A stretch of DNA of 64,000 nucleotides from Octopus vulgaris (GCA_951406725.2 OX597818.1:63922001-63986000); one strand, 5' to 3'; positions 13,544 through 27,050 are shown, numbered from the stretch's first letter. Made by a program: numbers and translations. Notes: a model not told the origin generated them from the sequence alone.

Positions 13544-13802
13544 TAGTAGAGATTGTTTGTCAACATTACATGGCAGTCCTGGTTTAGGACGACTGTTGCT
13601 GTAATTTAGCCCCAGGAGATATCATCTGCAGCGGGCTATACGACACGATCTGTGTCTTTATATTTTCTAACAAGGAAATCTACAACCTTATTTGAAAATA
13701 TAAGGACACAGATCGTGTCGTATAGTCAGCTGGAGACGATGTCTCCTGGAGCTAAATTACAGCAACATTAGTCCATGTTATGTTGGCAAAAAATCTTTAC
13801 TA
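13544..13802. mobile_element. foldback/MITE-like palindromic element
   Basis: Arms ~13546-13672 and ~13686-13800 are reverse complements (e.g. CTATACGACACGATCTGTGTC / GACACAGATCGTGTCGTATAG); TA at both ends is consistent with a Tc1/mariner-type TSD. Confidence 0.8.
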
Positions 13803-16800
13803 CCATGTATTGTTGGTGAATATCTGTCGTTGTGAGATTTAAAAATAGTAATTTTCTAAGTGCTACTTAATACTATAGACCGTAAAGCGTGAAACAGTCT
13901 TTGTTTTCTCGTCCCTGGAAAGATGAAATGCAAAAGTGATGCTGGCGTTATATGAACACAAATTGTGATGTGCCAAATGAAATACAACAAACCATATTCT
14001 TTGGTTAACTAATGGTTCTATCATCAATGATGTGCAGACATGTTGAGAATTATGCGAATCTATACTTTTCTCGCTGTCTGACCACGAACAACTTTCGCCA
14101 AGATGTTACTAATAAATTATTCCTCTTCAGACTTTATAGCCTGCAAAATTTTCTAACAGAATGGAAAGTCCATTTCTTTAATCAATAAATAAATTCGACT
14201 TTAAAAAAAAACAATTATGGCGGGAGCTTTTTACCGACACTCACCCGCTGATACACACAGAAGATACAGAAGAATCATGCATGGCTTGATACATGTGTGT
14301 ATGTGTGTGTGTGTGTATAAGAGAATGGTTTCCAGTCCAACTTAAACGGTGATGTGCACCATCACTTTAAGGATCAGCATATTGGCTCCCTACAAAGCAG
14401 TGTCTGGCGTCCTTAAAAAAACCACCCAACATACATAATAACGCTTAGGTTCCTCTGATAGAAGCATTCACGTTCTCCTAAATTATACCTGTAAAGGGAC
14501 CAAGTCTTAGGTGGACAAAGTAGCAACGTCAGCATACGCACTCTATGGAGAAAATGTTGCTAGAAATTGCTCCAAATGAAAGGAAACATACGATTGTCTA
14601 TCGTCCCGAGAGAAAACATGTGAAATATGGGTAAGAAATGCCTGTCATTGTCCCCAATGTAAGAAACAATTAAAAGATGGATGGGCGTTGTCATGGGTAT
14701 TTTTGGGCAGTACTTAATCGAGTTCTTCGTAAAGGCACAGCGAATGTAATAAATAGGGGAACCTTACTCTAATACATCTGCGGCTGTGAATGTGTATCAG
14801 AGATCAATCTCATTAGACACCTGTGAAGCTGCAGGCGTCAGGTATGATTTTTTTGAGTAAACAATGTCCTTAATATTGAACAATTTACACGTGAATATTA
14901 TCATCGGAAAATTAAGATAGCAAACCGTAGTGTACACATGTATTACAGATTAACACGTCTCCCCATAGCACAGTCTCTGTTTTCAAATTAAATGTGTATT
15001 CAATTCATAATATTTGTGACGAGAAGAATGATTTAATTATTACTGTATTAACCTGACAGTAGAATAGCTATATTCAATGGTTTCAAGTTTACGACCGAGC
15101 TATTGCTTTCAGTCTATTAAAAAAATCTTCCACCTTAGAATAGAAAACAAAATGTGATAACAATAAGTCCATAATATTTAAGCGTGGAAGATAATAGCAA
15201 AAAAGTAACAATCTGAACATGATAATGGAAAGTAAAGTCTGGAATCCTGCAACTTATGAATTCCACATGATTAAGATGAAGACATGAAAAATATTATTGG
15301 ATGCATGTAAAAATGATTCAATATACATCGAACAAATAATTGAATATATATTTCTTACATTATATCACTTTTATTTACGTATTCACGTCAAGTGTAAGCC
15401 TAGGTTTAAAATCGTCTCTGGATCCTAAACTATAAATACTATTAAGCATGCAATGTGTTCGAATAACAGCTTGGAGTTGAAGACCCAGTTTGACTGCAGT
15501 TTACTAACTAAAACCAAAGACAAAAGAAATAGAATTATCAATTTTGGCCTTCTGAGTGTATTGTACGCATTGAAACAAAAATAAAATAACGCGAAAAAAA
15601 TCCTCATTTTTTTTTCAAAAGATCTCGTAGAATCGTTAACCAGAATATTATCAGAACAATGAAACTGAACAAAATATTAAAATGTGTATCAAGAGAGAAT
15701 GAAAAATTATCTATAGCTTCTTGAAAATTAAAGCGGGTATCAAAAAACAGATAAGTCTGTGGGTGACGCCAAGTGTCTGAGTGAAAATTACTAATTATCC
15801 ATGTTAGAAAAGCTGCTCGCGATTTACTCTGATAACTGCGAAAGTTAAAGTCAAACTGGATTCTAGTCACTTCGTAATGAAAGTAATTCGAGGAATAATT
15901 ATATTACTATAGTTAGAATATTTTATGTAGCAGTGTATATGAGCATATTAGTATTCTAATATACAGTATAATTGTTTTGTTGTCTTTTATGCTTTTTCCT
16001 CGCATCCAGTTGACATGTAGAGCAGTTATTTTCCAAGGAAAATATTTACACTGACGTTCTTGAAATATTTAATATATGTTTGTGAATGAAAGTTAAACTA
16101 TTATAACTTCTAAATAAAGTAGCGTATAGTATAAATAAAATTGATATAAATTTGAATATGAAGTGTAAAATATCTGGTGGAACTTGTTTACTTATATTGA
16201 AACTTAAAGTTCGCAACATCAGCAGTATAGTAAAAAATAAAAATTAGTTGACTGATAGCCTGATGGAAAGAGATGATATTTATGTCGCATAACATTCAAT
16301 ATGCATGCCTTAAAGATAATATAATTAGCTATTTATTTTTTTTATCAAGTGTGCGGCTGACTTAAATAAACAGAAGTGGTATCCCGGTGACATAAAATAA
16401 CGTTTTAAAATGCCCAAGGAGAAATCCTTTCGTTACATGTAGTTGAAATCTATTTGGGGCCTACGTGGCTAGAGAGAGAAATACACACGTTGAATGGTAA
16501 ATTTGGGAGTTAACAGAAAAGCAAAAAGAAAGTATAAAAAATTCATCTGCAAAACCTGAAGCGTAAACAACATATTTTTACATGAATTTTCCACAGCAAA
16601 ATATTCATACATATATACATGAAACCATATAAATATACACACATCATGCTTATATGTATAAGAGGATTAAGTAGATCTATACCCATATATACACACACAG
16701 ACGCAGACACACACTCATATACTCTCACACACTCATATACTCTCACACACGTGCGCAAACGCACGCCACAAACATTGCCACATACATACAGATATGCAAG

Positions 16801-17055
16801 GAAGATATATACACATAAAGGGACACACGAACACAAACACACTCACATACGGAAACATGTATATCATGTATGTGTGTATATATATGCAAATGTTAGTGTG
16901 AAAAATTATTTTGCATTTTTCTAATAAAAAAATATGAGTATGGATTCACATAAATGATTTTCGTACTGCAAATTTCCTTGTGCTCCCAAATGCACCGAAA
17001 CATCTTAAATCACTATGTATATATGTGTGTGTAGTGCGTTTGTGTGTGTGCGTGC

Positions 17056-17106
<51 letters not shown>

Positions 17107-17592
17107 AATTCATATATACATCGCGGCGATACGCACTTGACAAGTCAAAACACAAGCGAGAATATTTTTCAGTATGTTGGATAATTTAAATAATTAGAAT
17201 GGAAAAAGAAAAACTTTCAACTTCAGCATTTCACTTCTCTTTCCAGCTAATTAACAACGAGATGTGAACAGAACTGGATCAATTCTCTCTAACGACTGAG
17301 CTTAAAATGTAGAGAAATAACATCATGGAAATATCAATATCTACAACAAGCACAGCAACGAAAAATATGTTGTACAATAAATATTCGAACGTCTAAAGGA
17401 AGGGAGATATAAAACACGAAGTTCGAATCGTAAAATGTTTGAGAATTGTGTGACGCGATATATTAGTTTTGATAAATTACTCATCGAATTTTACATTCAA
17501 TATCCAAAGTCCTGTATTGTCATAGATTATTTTACGCGCAACTCCATATTCTCCCGAGACAAAAAGGATGCCAACAATAATATATGTATATA

Positions 17593-17972
17593 GGCGCAGG
17601 AGTGGATGTGTGGTAAGTAGCCTGCTTACCAGTCACATGGTTCCGGGATCAGTCCCACTGCGTGGCATCTCGGGCAAGTATCTTCTGCTATAGCCCCGGG
17701 CTGACCAATGACTTGTGAGTGGATTTGGTAGACGGAAACTGAAAGAAGCCTGTCGTATATATGTATATATATATATAAGTGTGTGTGAATATGTTTGTGT
17801 GTCTGTGTTTGTCCCCCTAGCATTGCTGGCGTGTTTACGTCCCCGTCACTTAGCGGTTCGGCAAAAGAGACCGATAGAATAAGTACTGCGCCGGGGTCGA
17901 TTTGCTCGACTAAAAGAGGTGCTCCAGCATGGCCGCAGTCAAATGACTGAAACAAGTAAAAGAGTAAAAGAG
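17593..17972 (+). mobile_element. SINE family A, full length
   Basis: Head GGCGCAGGAGTGG to tail AAGTAAAAGAGTAAAAGAG; candidate TSD ATATATGTATA at 17580-17590 and 17974-17984. Confidence 0.9.
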
Positions 17973-17984
17973 TATATATGTATA

Positions 17985-18182
17985 CTCTTTACTTGTTTCA
18001 GTCATTTGACTACGGCCATGCTAGAGCACCGCCTTTAATCGAGAAACTCGACCCCGGGAATTATTCTTTTGTAAGCCCAGTACTTATTCTATCGGTCTCT
18101 TTTGCCGAATCGCTAAGTAACGGGGACATAAACACACCAGCATTGGTTGTCAAGCAATGCTAGGGGACAAACACACACACGC

Positions 18183-18213
<31 letters not shown>

Positions 18214-18381
18214 TACGACGGGCTTCTTTCAGTTTCCGTCTACCAAATCCACTCACAAGGCTCAGAAGGTATTGGTCAGCCCGGGGCTATAGTAGAAGAC
18301 ACTTGCCCAAGGTGCCACGCAGTGGGACTGAACCCGGAACCATGTGGTTGATAAACAAGCTACTTACCACACAGCCACTCC
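17985..18381 (-). mobile_element. SINE family A, near full length
   Basis: Reverse-complement homologue of the preceding copy, arranged tail-to-tail. Confidence 0.9.
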
Positions 18382-19146
18382 ACATATGCAAATACATGTG
18401 TACATGAATCACGAGTTTCTAAATATATATGCGATCAAATTGTAAGACCAGAATTCCTATCCTTCGGGAAATAGAATAGTCGTCCGGGGCTTGCAATATA
18501 ACAGGGCATCATTACATCTACCAACTGCTATTCTCTGCATCTGGTAGATGGAAAGAATTCCAAGTCATGGGTTTCTTATGGGGAATCTTTGATGGTAAGC
18601 GTTTTATGAGGCTGGAATTCATATATTACTTGAGTTTCTTTGGCTGGCGTTTTATGACAGGCAGGGGAAAATTATGTTTATTGGTCCAATCATCACACTT
18701 GTAATAAATTAAGTTCTAACAATTTAGTGCCAATATCTATTCACCTCTAATTAAATTCGAATATAGTCACTTTTTTACAAAATATATTTATCTTTGGAAA
18801 GATAACGCAAAACTACTCAGGCAAAATGATTTGGGTTATTTAATTGTTTATACAATTATCTTTCAACTATTAACCGCATCAGAAAAGTAACACGATTACG
18901 AACTAATCATAAGAACACTTATTGATATACGAATCATAGTGCGGTGAAAGCAGATTAATATATGATAAGATTTGAATTTCCATTAGAAAAATAAACTGTT
19001 TATATTTAAGAATGAACTGATAATGCAAGACCATTGACAGCGCAAAAACATCATGGCAAAAAAAAATGACTAACAGAAATAGGCTTATAGTTATAAAAGG
19101 AAGAGTGGGAAAGGAGAGAAGCCTATGAAAAAATGAGACAGGGTTT

Positions 19147-19366
19147 CTCTTTACTCTTTTACTCTTTTACTTGTTTCAGTCATTTGACTGTGGCCATGCT
19201 GGAGCACCACTGGTAGTCGAGCAAATCGACCCCAGGACTTATTTTTTGTAAGCCTAGTACTTATACTATCGATCTATTTTGCTGATCTGCTAAGTTACGG
19301 GGACGTAAACACACCACCATCGGTTGTCAAGTGATGTTGGGGGGGGGGGCAAACACAGACATACAT

Positions 19367-19413
<47 letters not shown>

Positions 19414-19562
19414 TACGACGGGCTTCTTTCAGTTTCCGTCTACGAAATCCACTCGCAAGGCTTTGATCGGCCCGAGGCTATAGTAGAAGACACTTGTCCA
19501 AGGTGCCACGCAGTGGGACTGAACCCGGAACCATGCGGTTCGTAAGCAAGCTACTTACCACA
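19147..19562 (-). mobile_element. SINE family A
   Basis: Tail (CTCTTTTA)n, full body, head truncated at CTTACCAC. Confidence 0.9.
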
Positions 19563-19565
19563 TAA

Positions 19566-19762
19566 TTGGTTTCGAAATTAAAAGAAGTGGTTATGTCGGT
19601 TACATCGAACCCACTGTTCAAACTGAGAATTATTTCATCCACTTCAAAAAAGATGAAAATTAAAGTCGATCTTGTCAGAGATTTTATTCACAACACGAAG
19701 ACGGACGAAATAACGCTAAGCATTTTACCCGGCATTCTAATGATTCTGCTACAACGCAGCCT
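19566..19762 (-). mobile_element. SINE family B, highly diverged
   Basis: GATGAAAATTAAAGTCGAT and GACGAAATAACGCTAAGCATTTTACCCGGC homology to family B. Confidence 0.6.
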
Positions 19763-19865
19763 TATGTATAAATTGTCATACTGAACACAAAAATTATATA
19801 GAGTATAACATGCATGCGAACATGGACACACAGACACAATTCAATAACATGGAGTTGACAAGATA

Positions 19866-20242
19866 GCAGGAGTGATTGTGTGGTAAGTAGCTTGCTTACC
19901 ATCCACATGGTTCAGGGTTCAGCCCCACTGCGTGGCACCTTGGGTAAGTGTCTTCTACTATAACCTCGGGCCGACCAAAGCCTTCTGGGTTAATTTGGTA
20001 GACGGAAACTGAAAGAATCCCGTCGTATATATGTATATATATATATACGTCTGTGTGTCTGTGTTTGTCCCCCAACATCGCTTGACAACCAATGCTGGTC
20101 TGTTTACGTCCCCGTAAATGAGACCGATAGAATAAGTGCAAGGCTTACCAAGAATAAGTCCTGGAGTCGATTAGCTCGACTAAAGGCGGTGCTCCAGCAT
20201 GGCCACGGCCAAATAACTGAAACATGTAAAAGAGGAAAAGAG
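19866..20242 (+). mobile_element. SINE family A
   Basis: GCAGGAGTGATTGTGTGG head to GGCGGTGCTCCAGCATGGCC tail. Confidence 0.9.
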
Positions 20243-20273
20243 TAAGGGGGAGTACAGGAAAACATTTATTTGT

Positions 20274-20390
20274 AATCACTACAATTGTTTCCACGCAACT
20301 TAGCTCTACATGTTCGCAGGTATTTTGGTTATGTAACCGTCCTGTGATGTCTATGAGCTTTATACTGTACTCTACTACGTCCTCAACGGA
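20274..20390 (-). ncRNA. degenerate hammerhead-like motif, long-stem-II family, copy 1
   Basis: UUGAGGA, ~90 nt, then GCGUG-GAAA-CAAUUG-UA-GUGAU and AAUAAA; homologous to 52294-52403. Confidence 0.4.
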
Positions 20391-20400
20391 GCAAAAACCT

Positions 20401-20444
<44 letters not shown>

Positions 20445-21269
20445 GTATGTATTTAAATAATTTGGGAAACCGAATTTCCAAATCAATCAGGTACAACCCT
20501 TCAGCATTACATGTATCTGCATATCGTACTGTGGGGACTTCTTTATCACATATTTATACATCTATCTAGAAATATAGAACGTATCTAATAGAAGTCAATA
20601 ATAGTTTAGTTTTTTGGGATTAATAGATATGTTTCAGATAATACAAAAAATAGCAAAAAGGAAGTTACTTATTTGCATGTGACATTTTTATTCTGATGTA
20701 TAATTTTATATCTTATATTTTGTATTTGACATTATGTACTTGACATTACAAAATTGATATATATATATACTAATTCATATTTACAATGTATAATTTATAA
20801 GTTTTAATTTTTAATATTACAGAGTATAATTTTAATTTTCAATTTTCAATATTTTTAATGTTTAATTTATTGCTTTATTTAACACTTATTCTTAAAGGGA
20901 TCTAACATTAGATTACAATACTTTGAAAAGAGCCTGTAGTTGTGTTGGAATACTCGTAAATCTGATGGTTTACTGTCCGACGAACAAGAAAGTGAAACTC
21001 TAACAGTTTTTGTGATATTTTTGCCGCTTTTTTAATAAAGCATATTACTCTACTTCAGGTATACAACTATTGCTAAACAATCACGTTGACTTTCTTGCAA
21101 TATATTGTGGACCAGTGTAAACTGCTGCCCTGTGGCGCTTAATAAATGGTCCACTATGTGCTGTAGCCTTGATAAATCTTTGCAGGGAATTAATTTATAG
21201 CTTTATACCTTCATAGCTTTAAATTATAGCTTTTAGCTGTAGGTGAGTTTCAGAGACACACTCTTTGCT

Positions 21270-21830
21270 ATCACAAAAAAAATTATTTCCAAAATATGAT
21301 CCACAAAGATGATATTTAGCACTTAAATGAAGCGTTATGGAAATTATGTGCTGACTATGTTCAAGAATGGAGTTAAAACTGAATATAAAAGAAGCTGTTA
21401 TCCAATCAAACTCCGATAAGTCATACCTATACTGGCATCAAACTCTGGAAAACTTGTGATTAATTATACGACATTTGAAAGTTCATAAATCAATTTTTTC
21501 CAATTACCGACTCAATCAATATTGTTTGGAGAACCTCATAAATTGACCTGGGGAAATTAATATTTCTAATAGATCTAACAGATAGATTTACACAAATGAG
21601 AAAAAAACTCATTATCAATATTTAAGCTGAATATTCAAATACCAAATCTGAATTGGTTTGTGAATACGTCACACCTAAAGTACCCTCTATATATGAGGAG
21701 TGAGACATTAGCACAATGCCTCATAGAAATGCAGAAAATTTGATGACACTGTACTAACACATTACAATCTGAATACATCATGACAGAATATTTACAGCTA
21801 GTAAGAAACCTGAGAAATGTGGCGTTAGTA
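21270..21830 (+). pseudogene. highly decayed Ty3/Gypsy-like reverse transcriptase relic
   Basis: Colinear frameshifted peptides SGKLVINYTT, LPTQSILFGE, IDLTDRFTQM, KVPSIYEE and KFDDTVLT resemble Gypsy RT motifs (GKxRxCxDY, LPxxExIF, IDLxxAYxQI, APxIFQ, YLDDILI). Confidence 0.4.
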
Positions 21831-22113
21831 TGATCACAATAATTAAAACTGGACAACTATATGTCGTGTTTCTAACATGAAAAGAGATATGCTTCAGTTG
21901 TAGCTAGCGGTGTGTGCTTCATAACGTCATGCACACAAGTAAAATGCTAATAAATTTTTGTATATAAATCTGTATACGTAGATTTCGTTTTGTACAAACT
22001 GATATACAAGGCTAAAAGATCTACCATCCATTCTTCACACAGTGTAGTCAAAAGAGTAATTGTGCATTACTGAGAATTCAAATTGTAGAAATGAATTAAA
22101 CTGTTGCTATTCA

Positions 22114-22675
22114 TATTCGTTTCTACTCTAGGCACAATGCCCGAAATATTTTCGGGAAGGGTCGGGCCGATTAGATTGACCCCAGAAAGCAAGTTATACT
22201 TAATTTATCGACTAAGAAAAGATGAAAGGCAAATTCGACATCGGCGGAGTTTGAACTCAGAAATTAATGACAGATGAAATAATCATTTCTTTACTACTCA
22301 CAAAGGGCTAAACACAGAGAGGACAAACAAGGACAGACAAACGGATTAAGTCGTTTATATCGACCCTAGTGCGTTACTGATACTTATTTAATCGACCCCG
22401 AAAGGATGAAAGGCAACTGAGAACGTAACGACAAACGAAATACCTATTTCTTTATTACCCACAAGGGGCTAAACACAGAGGGGACAAACAAGGAGAAAAA
22501 AAGGAATTAAATCGATTATATAGACCCCAGCGGGTAACTGGTTCATATTTAATCGACCCCGAAAGGATGAAAGGCAAAGTCGAGTTCAGCGAAATTTGAA
22601 CTCAGAACGTAACGGCAGACGAAATACGGCTACGCATTTTGCCCTGCGTGTTAACGTTTCTGTCAGCTCACCTCC
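22114..22675 (-). mobile_element. SINE family B head-to-tail trimer
   Basis: One full copy (22445-22675) followed on minus by two headless copies (22285-22442 and 22114-22281). Confidence 0.85.
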
Positions 22676-23382
22676 TTCGTCGTTATTCATAGTGCTAACG
22701 CATTTTACTTGTTAACACTAAATGCTTTTGGTTAAAATCGCCGAGCTCTTTATAATTCTACGTAAAAGGTAAGATATATATATCACCATTCATTTGCTTA
22801 AACGTTCCGTTATATGAAGTTATCAATAACTCAGTTTAGGGAAGTGTTAAATTTTCCATGTTCATATCATGTGAAACATTTCTTTTTAAAGGGACAACGC
22901 CTGCATTTTTGTAGCACTCTAAGTAGAAGTAGTAAACGAGTAAAATAATAGAAATTAATTAATATTTGCACGGAACATAATTAAATTAGAAAGGTTACAA
23001 CGATAAAAACACTCATTCAAATTATTATCTTGAAAATCATAAACAAGGCGATAGATCTCGCAGAAACGAAACATGTAAAGCATTTTTTTTTAAATATAAA
23101 AAGAAACAACATGTTTCCAATAAAAAATATATCGATTAAAAGAATCAGAATAAAGATTAAAACAAAAATGAAGCGAAAATTTTAAAATAAATGATGTAAA
23201 GATATGCACATCTAAAGAGCAACTTTTCAATATTACATCGATGATACCGATAAATGTTTAAACCTAATAGAACTTGCTATGAGCAGGAAGTAGTGTACCC
23301 AAGATAACAGTAAACTTGATATTAAATTGACGACAATAACAATTCAAATGATGTCAACTTAAATATATTGCAAACACATAAA

Positions 23383-23841
23383 GCGGCGAGCTGGCAGAAA
23401 CGTTAGCACGCCGGGCGAAATTCGTAGCCGTATTTTGTCTACCATTACGTTCGTAGTTCAAATTCCGCCGAGGTCGACTTTGCCTTTCATTCTTTCGTGG
23501 TCGGTAAATTAAGTAAAAGTTACGCACTGGGGTCGATGTAATCGACTTAATCCTTGTTTGTCCCCTCTGTGTTTAGCCCCTTGTGGGTAGTAAAGAAGTA
23601 TGTATAGAAGGGCGGCGAGCTGGCAGAATCGTTAGCACGCCGGGCAAAATGCGTAGCCGTATGTCGGCTGCCGTTACGTTCTCTCTTCAAATTCTGCCGA
23701 GGTTGTCTTTGCCTTTCATCCTTTCGAGGTCGATAAATTAAGTACCTGTTACGCACTGTGGTCGATATAATCGACTTAATCCGTTTGTCTGTCCTTGTTT
23801 GTCCCCTCTGTGTTTGGTCCCTTGTGGGTAGTAAGGAAATA
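23383..23841 (+). mobile_element. SINE family B dimer (23383-23598 and 23611-23841)
   Basis: Two copies, each starting GCGGCGAGCTGGCAGAA and ending TTGTGGGTAGTAA. Confidence 0.9.
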
Positions 23842-24859
23842 TATATTGGAAACACATGAGAAATTAAATGACAACAAAATAATAGCATAGGTTGTGTTAC
23901 ATAGCTTCACATTTTCTTTTATGGGTATGTAAACATTAGAAAATCGCACCTAAAAAATGTCGAGGACTCAGAAAATATACGTACCATGGCTGCATTTACA
24001 ATGCAAACATGTGAATCTAATAGAGATGAACTATCTATGAAATAACTAAACAGGAAACCTACGACCAAGAAAGCAAGAGTCATTAAAATGCAGAACGATT
24101 GTTCGTCTGGAATCCAAACCGAATTAAAAAGCTGTTTTTCATTAGTTTTTTTCTTCCGAGGAATAAATCTATTTTCAACATCAGCTGATCAAATATCGTT
24201 TAAAATTAATATAGAATTGGAGAATTAATTAATAGTAAATATTTATAATGCTACAATTGCGCAGAAATCGAGACAAACGACCAACTATCAAATGTAAAAA
24301 ATACCGAAAATAAAGAAAGAAATCAAAACAGGTCTTGTATAAAATAGCGCTGCTTGAGAAGTTTCGTTTTTTTACATACAAAGCATTCGACGACATTATC
24401 ATAGACTGTTTAGAGACACTTTGAAAAACAAGCAAAGTATGGAGTATCCAGTTGGGGCAAACCGGCGCCAGAATGGCTAGGGTTTAAGATAGGAGATTCA
24501 AAAAAGAGAATGAAATCTTTATAAAAATTAGACAAATATACGTGTGAAATACGTTGTAATTAGTATTGCATGTAGAACTTTATACACTGAAGCACACACG
24601 TGCAAACACTCACACACACAAGCATGCACAAATATAACATGTATAAATATATTTATACACATATATACACATATATTTATATATATCTACACATACACTC
24701 ATATACATATGTATATATACATATACATATATATACACATAGACATACATAAATATTTGTGTGTATATATATATATATATATATGTGTGTATATATATAT
24801 AAGCATATATATATACACACACACACGTATATATACATATATATATATTGCTGTTTTAT

Positions 24860-25030
24860 ACTCATCTAATGGTTTCAATCATTTTGACTGCGGCCATGCT
24901 GGATCACCGCTTTTACTCGAACAAACCGACGCCAGTACTTATTTTTTGTAAGCCTAGTACTTATTTTTATCGATATCATTCACCGAACCGCTAAGTTTCA
25001 GGGACGTAAACACACCAAAATCTGCTGTCA
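24860..25030 (-). mobile_element. SINE family A, diverged 3' half
   Basis: TTGACTGCGGCCATGCTGG...GGGACGTAAACACACC homology. Confidence 0.75.
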
Positions 25031-25249
25031 TGTAATAGTGGAGGACGAACTTAGGCACTCAAATACGTATATATATATACATATGCACACACACACACAT
25101 ATATATATGTGTGTGTGTGCGCGTGTACATAAGCACAGACACTCAGATACACACGTACACGTTTCTACAACCCTCACACACGCACACACATACACATATA
25201 AATATTTTCCATAAAATAACATTTCTACCAGTCTGTTTCATATTACTTG

Positions 25250-25455
25250 TACGAGGTGTTTACAGTAAAGATCCTGATTTTAAGGGTATTGCGAAGGGAC
25301 TTTTTGGAGTCCCAAACTCCCGAGTTCTTTAACAGGGATTTCAAAGACTGAAGGAATGCTGTGATAAATGTGCGATATATTAAATAAAATAATTATTAGC
25401 TAATCCTTCTGTATTCGTTACTCAAAGCCAGGAAATTATCAGCATCGCCTCCTTA
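25250..25455 (+). mobile_element. mariner-derived internally deleted relic
   Basis: Degenerate TIRs TACGAGGTG..TCCTGATTTT / AAAGCCAGGAA..CGCCTCCTTA; internal frameshifted peptide FLESQTPEFFNR/GFQRLKECCDKC resembles a mariner transposase C-terminus. Confidence 0.55.
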
Positions 25456-25729
25456 TCACAAAATAATACTACATTGTGAAAATATCTATACAAATATCTC
25501 ATATATGGTCGTTAAACATTTCTGATAAATTTCTTGTAGTGCAAAGAAAGTGAGACAAATATTGCACAGAAGATGTTTTTGAGTCAAAAACAGGATAATT
25601 CAGATTCTGCATTTCTTAGTGGAACGGTATGTTAAAGAATATTGTGCACTTGCGATCTACTCAACTTCATACATCTTTACTCGCAAGTCAATGCATAATG
25701 ATACGTATGCCAATATTCATATATACCAA

Positions 25730-25935
25730 TGCGACGAGCTTACAGTAACGTTACCACGCCAGGATGTTTCGCGGTATTTTGTCTGGCGTCACGTTCTCGA
25801 TCTTTGCCTTTCATTCTTTCGGGGTCGAAACAAAATATACCAGTTATTCACTACAGTCGAAGTAACCGACTTCATCCCTTTGTCTTTCGTAGTTTGCTCC
25901 AGCTATATTTACCTCTCGGAGGGAATAGATATTTA
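25730..25935 (+). mobile_element. SINE family B, diverged
   Basis: GCGACGAGCT head; CTTTGCCTTTCATTCTTTCGGGGTCGA body. Confidence 0.7.
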
Positions 25936-25961
25936 ATCATACCAGTATATTACTATACATG

Positions 25962-26010
<49 letters not shown>

Positions 26011-26080
26011 GTTTTGTACTAGTTTGTGTAGGCGTTTATGTGCATCGATATATTTTGGTGTGCATGGGTGCAAATCAATG

Positions 26081-26127
<47 letters not shown>

Positions 26128-26447
26128 ACAGAGCTTTTGTTGAATGGTGTTTCACGATATGTATTTTGTAATATTTATCCCAAGTCAATACATTATATTC
26201 TTTGGGTTGAAATGCCAGAATTAATTTTGTGTTTCATTTTAACAACAGACAATAATTAATAAGAAAAAAAAAACAAGCAAGTATATATAAATATATAAAT
26301 ATATAAATATATAAATATATATATATAGAGAGAGATAGAGATAAAGAGAGAGAGAAAGACAGATTCAATTGAATCAATAATATAAAATCCTCTTTTTCTA
26401 TTACACACACAGAAACACACACAAAACACACACACATACACACACAC

Positions 26448-26479
<32 letters not shown>

Positions 26480-27050
26480 TCACACACATATATATAGTGT
26501 TTTCCACTCGGAATTTTTATAGTACTGAAAATAGAGGAAATATGAGAAAATTAAACCGTATATGCGTATGTTTATTGGTGCGTGTTTATGTGTCTTTGAA
26601 AATATGTATCTGCGTAAATGTAAAAAAAAACAACAAAAAAACAGAAAATTGTGATGGAGAAAGAAGTAGAGAACCTTGTAAAAACGTGGAAGGAAGAGAG
26701 AGGGAGAAAGAGAGAGAGAGATGAGGAGAGGGGAAAAAGAAGAAAGTTCAGTATTCAAGACAAGAAATCAATGACTCCTGCATCTTGAATTATTCCATAG
26801 TTCCTCGGCTTAATCCACAGACCAATATCACGTTTCAAAAATGCGATCTTAATAACGTTCTATAGAAACAGCGATTGACTTTCAAACGACATCTTAATAT
26901 TAGATCAGAAGTAAAACTGTGTCGGTCAATAGTTCAGCCAATCTAAACGATTCATTCAAATCATGCAGCAGAAATACATTTACATGACGTTCCAGCCACA
27001 ACGTTTGCCATCGCCATATCATTGTGTGCGTTTAAATACGTTCAAGCATA

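Noticed and set aside
14620-14670. Cys-rich peptide CEIWVRNACHCPQCK suggesting an integrase zinc finger
   Set aside because: Too short, with no supporting neighbouring motifs.
20955-21015. CTGATGG...GAAACTCTAACAGTT hammerhead-like motif
   Set aside because: A9 altered, stem II not pairable, stem I out of register.
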